This document shows, piece by piece, positions 53,925-64,000 of a stretch of DNA of 64,000 nucleotides (position 1 is its first letter; each line of letters starts with the position of its first letter). Under the pieces are notes generated by a model. The model was given only the letters and a program-made list of their open reading frames with translations, was not told the origin of the DNA and did no database searches. Source of the stretch: Octopus vulgaris (Eukaryota). The position numbers were made by a program, and so were the translations under genes. Where the stretch lies: positions 32,736,001-32,800,000 of the forward strand of contig OX597822.1 in assembly GCA_951406725.2 (NCBI GenBank). The letters run 5' to 3'.

Positions 53925-54245
53925 TTGAAAATTATTTCAGCAATTTATAAAAGTATAGCCAACTCAACACTTCAGAGATGAATCATTCTGAAATTAAATT
54001 AATTATAAGATCAATGGGAAAAAGTTATTTCTAGTTTGACTGGTTCAATAGTTTCAGAAATACGTTTTAAAAAAATTTCTATTGTTAGGAATAATGTATC
54101 TCAGACACATTTTTTATTTTTTTCATCATAAATTTCTTTCTAAAACTTAAGATAATGAATAGACGCTGCTGAAACATATAGAAGTTTAACCTGCGGCTAA
54201 AATTTATCAGAATAGCATGGATTCCCAATAACAATGTTTTACAGC
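53925..54245. repeat. Diverged dispersed direct repeat, copy 2 (partner at 46560-46876)
   Basis: Same colinear blocks as copy 1. Confidence 0.75.
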
Positions 54246-56452
54246 AGTCCCCGATGACTATTTTGTTCATTTCTTTTTTTTATGTATTCAGTTTTACTTA
54301 ACAGACCACAAAAAAAGATGCAAATTATGTGGCAACTTCTTCACTTTCAGTGGATTCACAAATTCCAAGAACTATGCATCAAACAGCATAGCCTTTGAAC
54401 TGATTAAAGTCTCCCACAACTTCTCATATAAAGCTATGTGTGTCGATGCAGTCAACCCACTAAATTCTTTGGAATACCTATAATTTTGCATATATACATG
54501 CATATATGTTTTTACCATATAACCCAATAAACAAAGTGATATAATTTTTAAAAATTGTCTTAGTTTTGATCCATTATTTCTCACAGAATGTATCTCTCAA
54601 CAGTTAATCGACATCGTACATCCGACGTAAACAAGAAAACACTCCCGTTTGAAACTCCCCAGAAACGTGTATGGACAGAGAAATTATAAACTTGATCATA
54701 CAACTTGCAACATTACAATAAGTCATTGGCCTTCAATTTAATTCCAGAGGTTAAACATCCCACGAATAGAAATCAGATTAGCCTCACACATTACATGCCA
54801 TGGCAACTACTAGAAAAAGGCAAGATTTTCACTGTTTTCCCCTTTTCTTTTCCACATTTATTTTTGTTTCTAATCAGAAAATTTCCACATTTACCAATAT
54901 ATATTCTGAAAAATGGATCACGATAAGCACCCTTCGATTTCAGTCTGATGACTGAGAATATGGAATTCGAATAAATAGATGTCATATGCCAGCTGTCATA
55001 ATTCTAAATAGCATTCCTTCCTTGAGGTTGACCACTGGGTTTTGTTTTCACTTTTTGTCTTATATATGTGTGGGCGTTTGTGTGGATGTGAGTACGTATG
55101 TGTGTGTATTTATATGCACATATAAGTATATATGTGTGTGTATATACACACGTATAATATATATATATATGTGTGTGTGTATAAATATATATGTGTGTGT
55201 GTGTATTTATGCGTATATGTGTGTGTAAGTGGGCGTGTGTGTGTGTGTGAGTGTGTGTATGCTTCATAAATCGTAGCTATAAATACTTTTGTCAGAGGAA
55301 AACAATTTTCGGTATTAAGCGCATGGTATTTATTCTGTGTGACAGAAGACAGCTATGTTTGATTCGACATTAGATACAGAGAACTCTGTATATATTGGCC
55401 AATATATTTTGTTTTATATTGTATATAAAAATTGCAAGAGCAAATATTTTCCGATTCATATATATATTGTCTTCTCAATTGCTCGGAGAAGCTTGCCTAT
55501 CAGGTCCATTCCTATAACTATTTGGAATGAAAAATAATTATTTCTGATCCAGTTATTAGATGTCGGGTTGATAATAAATGTGGAAAGTGGATATAGTACT
55601 ATCTTGTTCTGAATACCATGATGGAGATATATATATTTTTATCTATACTATTCACGAGTTATATTCAGTTTAATAAGTTATTTAAAAAATAATATATCAA
55701 GATATACTATGAACATCTGTGATATTTTCAGAAGCTAAGAGTATCTCATAACTTTACTGAACCTCTCCTGTTTAATTTTTTTTTTTTACATATACAGCTA
55801 TAAATCGAAACGATAAGTCGGTAATCTTTTATAATCCTAGCCATATACTTTTAAGGTTTCATTTACTTTTTCATTTCAATTTTTGATGATGTAATAGATT
55901 CTCGCATTATTCAAGCGAGGTTGAATTCGTAGCAGATTGCAATAAATCCGTTAATCCTTAAAGAAAGAATGCCATTTTCAACAATGCACTCCTGTGTGTA
56001 CGAGTCTCAATAAAAGATTGTATGTTTAAGTACGAGCATTTGACCGGCAGTTTTCAATAGGGCTGTTTTGGCCGAATCGTAGAAATCAGCAAGGGGAGTG
56101 GTATTAAAAGAAAACAATAAAATAAAAATAATGTGGAAGGAAGAAGGTAGGGAGATATATGTGGTCAAGGGGGAGAAAATTTTTTTATGCAAGAAGAAAG
56201 CAAGAGAGATGGGAAAGAATCGTGGCGGTTACTACTGGTTTAGATTTGAAGAATGTATATGTGCGATGAGCATGTTTACCGTATGAAGTAGTAAAGGTGT
56301 ATGTTGGCGTAGGGAGGGGTAGGAGGAGAAGATAGGTGAAATGAGAGAAAGGAATTTTAAACAGTGAGGAAAATACAAAGAAGTATGTAAATGAGAAAAA
56401 GAAATTAAAGGAAAAATATATTGTAGGTTATATAGTGGTAGTGAGGGGTGAT

Positions 56453-56685
56453 AAGGCGGCGAGCTGGCAGAAACGTTAGCACGCCGGGCGAAATGCTTAG
56501 CGGTATTTCGTCTGTCTTTACGTTCTGAGTTCAAATTCCGCCGAGGTCGACTTTGCCTTTCATCCTTTCGGGGTCGATAAATTAAGTACCAGTTACGCAC
56601 TGGGGTCGATGTAATCGACATAATACCTATGTCTGTCCTTGTTTATCCCCTCTGTGTTTAGCCCCTTGTGGGTAATAAAGAAATA
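56453..56685 (+). mobile_element. SINE family A, full length, with perfect 16-bp TSD
   Basis: GGTAGTGAGGGGTGAT at 56437-56452 and 56686-56701. A and B boxes and tail are intact. Confidence 0.93.
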
Positions 56686-57211
56686 GGTAGTGAGGGGTGA
56701 TGACATGGAGAATTTATGAAGGTTAGGGGGAAAAGGCGGGGTGGGGGTGTTGTTATTTGTATTTTGAGAAAAGATTTAGTAATCGACGTTTGCAGGTAAA
56801 AATTATACTGTTGCCTTCATTAAGACAATCCGTGCATTGAAAATAGTTACGACTTCGGCTATGCAGAAATCATACCTGTTATTATAGCTGCTCTATGGTT
56901 TGCTGTGGGTGACTATGGACCACTTGAAAGTGTAAGGAGTTGAATCAATCATTAGTTTATTGATAAACTGAGATAACGATTTTCTGCTGGATTTAGTTTG
57001 GGACTTGAAACTGGAGGAGTGGTTGTTCACTCTAGATTTGAAAGTGGTGCTACATGAGCGAATATATATATGTAGTTACAGTTAGCAGTTGATATTGTAC
57101 ACCTATAAATGACGTTTTTTGTGACACAGCGGTTATCCAATGAAAATGAGGTTAGGCGTCTGAAGCTGCACAACAATTGCTATGAAGCACTGTGTAGAAT
57201 ATACTGTATAA

Positions 57212-57280
57212 AAGAAAGTGACGAATGTTGCCGATGTGCATGTGTACCACACGCGCATCGGCAACATTCGTCAGTTTCTT
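57212..57280. repeat. 69-bp near-perfect hairpin
   Basis: aagaaagtgacgaatgttgccgatgtgcatgtg tac cacacgcgcatcggcaacattcgtcagtttctt. Confidence 0.85.
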
Positions 57281-57396
57281 AAAAATGGGATCATAACCCC
57301 CGAAATATTGAACACAAGGTAAATCTAGATTAATTCACATATTTGTTTTCTTGATATTTACCTTGCATTTACTTTGCATTGTTTTGGCCTTACCCA

Positions 57397-57454
<58 letters not shown>

Positions 57455-57467
57455 ACATATATTTAGC

Positions 57468-57676
57468 CTTTACTTGTTTCAGTCATTAGACTGTGGCCAT
57501 TTTAGTTGAAAGAACACCTCACCCAGCCCCCAAAAAACATACTATTTTTGTTAATCCTGGTATTTATTTTATCTGTCCTTTTGCCGAACCGATATGCTAC
57601 GGGGACGGAAATACACGCAAAAACACATACATACAAACACACACACGCACAAACAAACACACACAGACACACACAA

Positions 57677-57728
<52 letters not shown>

Positions 57729-57890
57729 GCATATACGACGGGTTTGTTTCAGCTTCTGTCAACCAAATCTTAATCACAAGACTTTGGTCGGCCTGAGGCT
57801 ATAGTAGAAGACATTTGACCAAGGTGCCAAGTAATGGGACTGAAACTGGAACCATTTGATTGGGAAGTAAGTTTCAAATACACGCCTGCG
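57468..57890 (-). mobile_element. SINE family B, degenerate full length
   Basis: Colinear with 2233-2626, including the internal microsatellite. Confidence 0.8.
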
Positions 57891-58104
57891 TCCAAGACTT
57901 TTATGTAGGCTGTATATGATTTTCTTATATAACCAATATAAATGAGTCAGTGTTAGTGTGTGTGTGAGAGAGAGAGAGATAGCTTGCGCGCGCTTACTTT
58001 CTATGTGCTAATATATGGTGTATGCTAAAATATGCTGTATGCGTAAATATTCATTTTTGGTAGGAAAAGATTGACATTGATTTCTAAGTTTCACCTTTCT
58101 CATA

Positions 58105-59357
58105 GGCGCAGGCGTGGCTGTGTGATAAGAAGCTACTCTATGTGAATATTCTGCCTGCAGCTGATTGGGAGGGGTCAAAAGCTGTTTTGACCATATGGAC
58201 CCAATCAGCCGAAAATCTGGTTTTTCCAGATTTTTTAAAGAATACCCGGGTCTAGTTATCCGGTGGTACTTGAGGGACGCCCCCATCCCCAAGTGTCACA
58301 TGTGTCTGGAACTGGGGCATATCAAAAACAACTGCCCGAAAAACCAAATTCAAAATACCGCTCCCTGCTCCCTCAGTGGAGAAACAGTGGGACGAAAAAA
58401 GGAAAGAAACAAAAGGTGTGCAACAATGGTTGCCCACAGAAGGATCCGGAGGCTGCTGGAGGGAGGGAGGATCTGCTGGACAAAGCGGAGGAAATCCACC
58501 CTCCCGTTGTTCAAAGGAAAAAGAAGAAAAAAAGAAAAACGGGACATTGCAGACGGTTTGTGACACACTGCTGGCGTGTCCCAAACCACCATCGGTGGGC
58601 GTTTTGCCACCGAAGGTGGAAAAAGTAGATTCATCCCATTCTGTGGAGGAGGAATTTCTGATCCCCTTCCATAAGGGAGGGACAGTAGAAAACTTTGTCA
58701 AGAAGATTGAAAGGAAAGGCCGGTGTGAGGAGATTCTGTCCTGCACGGAGGACCCTGAGTGGGCTTCCCAGGTGGCCACGGAGGTCATATCGGAAACCGA
58801 TCTGTGCAGGATAATGAATCCCTTCCCAGTGGACTCTTTTAGATTCATGGCAAAGTGGTCCGGTTTGACACTGTCTAGGTGCTTCAAAGAAGCGAGGAGC
58901 CTAGTTGGACAGGAAATCTTCTAACTGATAATAAAAGTGAGAGGCGTGATGCCTCACTTTTATTGTATTTTTATTATATTTTATTGAATTGTGTAAGAGG
59001 TTTATTGCCTCATAAATGTGTTTTTTGAACTGTGTAAGTGGTTTATTGCCTCGATTAGGAAACATAAAAAGAACAATGTATTCGGGTAAACAGCAATCGA
59101 CGGGCGTTTCTTGTTGCCCTCATTTTTCACCATCTAATTTAATTCATATCATTATGCGTGTCTCCAGCCTGCAGCTTTCTTTCTTTGTAAGGCCCTTGTG
59201 GCCAATTAAATGAATAAAAAAAGTTTGCTTTCCAACCACATGGTTTCGTGCTCACTCCCTCTGCGTGGCACCCAGGGCAAGTGTCTTCTACTGTAGCCTC
59301 GGGCCGACCAGAGCCTTGTGAGTGGATTTGGTAGACGGAAACTGAAAGAAGCCCGTC

Positions 59358-59389
<32 letters not shown>

Positions 59390-59493
59390 TTACAAATTTT
59401 TTATTCAATTTTTAATCTAAGAATTTTTTAATATGCTAAGCCACTGATCTTAATTTATTAATATCAACTTCTACTTTTATTATTTAATTTGAA

Positions 59494-59540
<47 letters not shown>

Positions 59541-59730
59541 TCCCCTGCCATTGGTTGACAACCGATGATGGTGTGTTTACGTCCCTGTAACTTAGCAGTT
59601 CGGTAAAATAGACCGATAGAATAAATATAGATTTACAAAGAATAGGTCGTGGGGTCGATTTGTTCGGCTAAAGGTGGTGCTCCAGCATGGCCGCTGTCAA
59701 ATGACTGAAACAAATAAAAGAATAAAAGAA
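58105..59730 (+). mobile_element. SINE family B interrupted by a 1.09-kb insertion
   Basis: The head GGCGCAGGCGTGGCTGTGTGATAAGAAGCT (58105-58134) resumes as AAGTTTGCTTTCCAACCACATGG at 59221. The 3' module lies at 59535-59730. Confidence 0.85.
58135..59220 (+). mobile_element. ORF1-only (no RT or endonuclease) Tx1/L1-like retroposon, 5' truncated
   Basis: ORF 58165..58563 has CHMCLELGHIKNNC (CX2CX4HX4C) and continues by frameshift into 58376..58924. A 3'UTR ends GGCCCTTGTGGCC AATTAAATGAATAAAAA. Confidence 0.7.
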
Positions 59731-59918
59731 TTACTACTCACCATCAGAATATGCTCCTCCTTTGTTTTCAGGATTTAAATATAGGTGCTCTTCGTCGGTA
59801 GCTGAATCGATGTATAGGAAAATTAGTTGTGAGATACGTTTGTAGGCGGAAAGAATAAATCGTTCATACAGAAGTAGAGAAAAATAAGAAAAGGGAGAAA
59901 GTTTATAATTGCAGTGTG

Positions 59919-60436
59919 TGGACACCATCGGTAACGAGGAGAGGGGAGATTGGTATGCATGGGTGGCTGCTGGTCTTCCTAAAATAACCTTGCCCGGACT
60001 TGTGCCATGGAGGAGAATTTTCTAGATGGTACACCATGGTAATTCGTGACGGAAGCGGGTATCTTTTTAAACCTTTTTACAACATATACGCATGCGCACA
60101 CACGCACCTGAATTAAGTCAAATAATAATGAAATTCATTAAGCAGACTGGAAAGGAGTTGTTGGAGAAAAAAATTTCCAGTTTGCTTAATGAATTTCATT
60201 ATAATTTGAGTTAATTCAGGTGCATGTGTGCGCATGCGTATATGTTGTAAAAAGGTTTAAAAAGATACCACGCTTCTGTCACGAATGTCCATGGGGTACC
60301 ATCTAGAAAATTCTCCTCCGTGGCACAAGTCCGGGCAAGGTTGTTTTGGGAATACCAGCAGCCACCCATGTTTTGGGAAGACCAGCAGCCACCCATGCAT
60401 ACCATTCTCTCCTCTCCTCGTTACCGATGGTGTCCA
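59919..60436. repeat. Fold-back duplication (arms about 235-260 bp) including the 3' half of a SINE
   Basis: 59919-60153 is the reverse complement of 60174-60436, with a 20-nt spacer. The right arm has an extra tandem duplication of about 27 bp. Confidence 0.9.
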
Positions 60437-60595
60437 AGAGAAAAGCAAAGGCCGATGCACCTTGGCATCAGTGACGTCACAACTCATTTCTACAGCTGAG
60501 CAAACTGGAGCAATGTAAAATAAACTCAATACACAGCCCAGTCGGGGAATCGAAATCACTACCTCAAAATTGTGAACCCGATGCTCTAACCACTA
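60262..60595 (-). mobile_element. tRNA-derived SINE family C
   Basis: Minus strand TAGTGGTTAGAGCATCGGGTTCAC...TTCGATTCCCCGAC. The body is homologous to 23470-23783. Confidence 0.78.
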
Positions 60596-60624
60596 ATGTG
60601 TGCAGTTTCACTTATGTAGCATTC

Positions 60625-60955
60625 ATCATCGTCGTCGTCGTCGTTTAACGTCCCATGGGTTGGATGGTTCGACTAAAGACTGGTGAGCCAGAAGGCTGCA
60701 CCAAGTTCCAATCGCATCTCGCAAAGTTTCTACAGCTGGATGCTCTTCCTAACGCCAGCCACTCCGAGACTGTAGCGAATGCTTTTACGTGCCACCGGCA
60801 ACGACCATGCTCAAACGTGTTTTTTTACGTGCTACCTGCACCGCAGCCAGTCCGGTGGCTCGTGTTTATCACGTGCCACCGGTACATATGCCAATAAGGC
60901 GATGCTGGAAACGATCAACTCGAATAGTGCTTTTTACGTGCCACCGGCACGGGAA
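60625..60955. repeat. Interspersed-repeat fragment with four spaced copies of TTTTACGTGCCACCGGCAC-like units
   Basis: Units at about 60783, 60823, 60866 and 60931, preceded by (CAT/CGT)n and ggatgctcttcctaacgcc. Confidence 0.6.
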
Positions 60956-61772
60956 CCACATATTAATGACACAGAATTAACGTGGCTGGCGATATATATT
61001 CATTTGACAATATATATATTGGTTTCAATTTTTGGCACAAGGCTACCAATTCTGGGAATAAGTCGTTTACATCGAGCCCAGTAATAAACTAGAACTTAAT
61101 TTATCGACTGTGTCGACCACGGCGGAACTTGAATTCAGATTTCGGAATTTAAGCTCAAAGTCGATTTCGTCGGAATTCACAATATATATATATCGGTTGA
61201 AGGTTTTCTTGTGACTATGTATTTGTTTGCTATGGTTTATAGAAAATAGTTGCCTTAGTATAAAATTTAAATGATTATAACTTTATAAATAACATCAATT
61301 CAATTTGTGACAGAGAAAAGGTCAAAGTGAGGTTAAAAGACACCATATTAAATAGCAATTTTCAATGGATATAAAAAAATTAATGGATTGATACAAACAT
61401 CGCTACTATAAATTATTTTTGGAGTACATTAGTATATTTCTAAGTGGGCGGTAATATACTTAAGTCTAAACATATGCATGTATGCAACTTCTTATCTAGA
61501 GATACATACGAATATATCAAAGTAAAGCCTCATAGATTATGCATATTTCCGTAGAGATATGCATTTAAAGCAGATGTAAATATATAAATGCACTACTCTA
61601 CACACACGTGCACATACGCACACACACAGACACACACACGTAGTGCGAGTGTATGTAAGAAGCAAAACATACATATATGTGTGTGTATGTGGTGTGATTG
61701 AGTGATGCTTGTACGTATGTATATGTATATATACTTTTATATACATATACATTATGTATGTATATATGTACG

Positions 61773-61806
61773 TATCTATCTATCTATCTATCTGTCTCTC
61801 TATCCG

Positions 61807-61853
<47 letters not shown>

Positions 61854-61940
61854 GTCTGTCTATCTACCTATTTATCTATCTATCCATCTATCTATCCATT
61901 TATCTATCTATGCATTTATCTATCTATCTGTCTATCTATT
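61773..61940. repeat. (TATC)n microsatellite
   Basis: Direct reading. Confidence 0.95.
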
Positions 61941-62236
61941 TTCTGCCACGGGCAGACATCTATTTCACTGTCTTTTACTTGAATTAGTCATAGGGCTACG
62001 GTTAATGACTGTCTTTTGAAGAGCTGAACACAGAGATTCCAGTACTTATTTTTTATGTCTAGTACTTTGTATATCTGTTTTACTAAACCACTAAATTAGA
62101 GGTACATAAACAAACCACATCCTCTTGTAAAGATGCGAGGTTACAAAAATCTACGCACAAATTCACATGCATACACTCATATTCACATGTATAAATACAC
62201 CTATGTATATATATACACGCATAAATACACACACAT

Positions 62237-62278
<42 letters not shown>

Positions 62279-63327
62279 CCATAGGCATATACGTATATAT
62301 ACATACATATATACATATATATACGTATATACATATATATAGGCACATTAGAATATATGTGTGTATTTCTCGATGTACGTGAGTGTGTGTGCGTGTGTGT
62401 CTATGTGTCTGTGTCTGTGTGTGAGGAGCTCCTTACTCATTTACTTTCGATGAAATTCTCTCATAAACCATTACTCTCTCGGGACTACGGTACCAAACGT
62501 ACCAGATACAACGCAGTGAGACTGAATCCAAGGCCATTTGACAATGAAGCGAGGTTCTTACACATACAAACTTGCCCGCGCCTATAATGCGACTTTAAAT
62601 TTACAATTTGGACGGCTGTGCACTGCCTGCAACCTTACGCTTCGTCTAATGACCTCTCAGCAGGGTGGGACCGCAGCATAATTACTGAAATTGCTAGAAA
62701 CAACAACCAAATCTACGTCAAGTTTTGGTGTACTGTTTTGGGAAAAAATTAATGATATAGTGGTTAAGGCAATATCAAGTCTTCAAAAAAGAGAGCATTG
62801 TATTGTTATGATAGGAATGTATTTGATGATTCGTCTGCCTAGTAAGGGTTAACTTTGGGGCCAAACACAAAAGCTGTTTCGTATTTGATAAAATAACACT
62901 GCCTTACACTAACTGTTCATATGTCACTACGAACAAGTTTTAGTATTGTAGCAAAACTAAAATCTAGATATGATATAATATCAGAATTAAGAATTATTAA
63001 TTATACAAATCTCTTTTATATATATTTTTTTAATATAATTTATCTCCCGACGACCATCAGTTCGCAATAACAATTCCGGATTTCTCAGCTTGAGAGATAA
63101 GACTAGATTGATGAGGTGAAAAACTTTTGATGATTTGTCTCGACATACGCAAGAGATAGTTGGAAGACTTCGGTATTGTGTGAAGATTGATTGCCTAAAG
63201 GGGGCTTACTGTGGGAGAATTAGAATGGTTTAGAAGAAAATGTAACGTTGTATTTGTTTACCATATAAGTGGTTTTATATAGAAATATATATTTGAGAAA
63301 ATTGTACATGTTTTATGGAAAGCCGTA

Positions 63328-63381
<54 letters not shown>

Positions 63382-63495
63382 AAGAAAGGAAGACAGGAAG
63401 AAAGAAAGAAAGAAAGAAAGAAAGACAGGAAGAAAGAAAGAAAGGAAGAAAGAAAGAAAGAAAAAAAAGAAATAAAGAAAGAGAGAAAGAAAGAC
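63328..63495. repeat. (TG)n/(GA)n/(GAAA)n compound microsatellite
   Basis: Direct reading. Confidence 0.95.
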
Positions 63496-63881
63496 ACATA
63501 GGCAGATACAGAGAGATAGACAGGGAAAGGCTGTCATCTCCGAACTAGTTATAGCAGAGATCGGATGAGTTAAATTATGTCTGGTGAAATTCTGATTTTC
63601 AGGTTGTACTTAGAATGCGAGTGCCATTTCATTGCCACAGTTACATCAGTAGAATTATTGAGCGTGACCTCGAGTCATGTACTCAGTGTTCAAAGGTTAA
63701 TTGTTTCCTGTCTCTGAAAACAATAATTACACATTGTCAAATATTTTTATTATTTTACATGTTTTAACCATTTAGACAACGGTCATGCTGAAATACGTCT
63801 TCAATGGTTTTAGTGGAATCCAATTTGTATTTAAGTCTAGTAATTTTTTATCGAATAGTTTTTCGTCCAAAAATTACACAG

Positions 63882-64000
63882 ACGCAGACGTGGCTGTGTG
63901 GTAAGTAGCTTGCTTACCAGCCACACGGTTCCGGGTTCAGTCTCACTGAACCTTGGGCAAGTTTCATCTTCTATAGCTTCGGGCCGACCAAAGTTATGAG
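63882..64000 (+). mobile_element. SINE family B head (runs off the window)
   Basis: ACGCAGACGTGGCTGTGTGGTAAGTAGCTTGCTTACCAGCCACACGGTTCCGGGTTCAGTC. Confidence 0.85.

Noticed and set aside
60780-60955. CRISPR array
   Set aside because: Eukaryotic context, degenerate repeats, irregular spacers and no cas genes.
63603-63695. Candidate 93-nt plus-strand exon (ttttcag|...AAG|gttaat)
   Set aside because: Weak donor, two open frames, no recognisable homology and no partner exon.

Overview
AT-rich, microsatellite-dense eukaryotic DNA, intergenic or intronic. The SINE repertoire suggests a cephalopod, probably Octopus; this is an inference. No intact host protein-coding gene can be supported, and most ORFs in the track are (TA)n/(CA)n/(TACA)n artefacts. 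The window is a mosaic of decayed mobile elements: three Tc1/mariner relics, CR1-like, Tx1/L1-like and R4/Dong-like LINE fragments, an ORF1-only Tx1-like element nested in a SINE, a probable Helentron-type non-autonomous element and many tRNA-derived SINEs. The most striking pattern is a set of about ten fold-back (inverted-repeat) or tandem-repeat mini-elements from several unrelated sequence families, most of them abutting (TA)n runs. Five share one architecture: TA run, a one-sided tail of 35-75 nt, an arm, an optional spacer, the inverted arm. Several carry hammerhead-ribozyme-like motifs. Two are tied directly to Penelope-like retroelements: one has a GIY-YIG C-terminus in its spacer, and one shares its terminus with a Penelope RT fragment. 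All identities and structures were judged by eye and boundaries are approximate.
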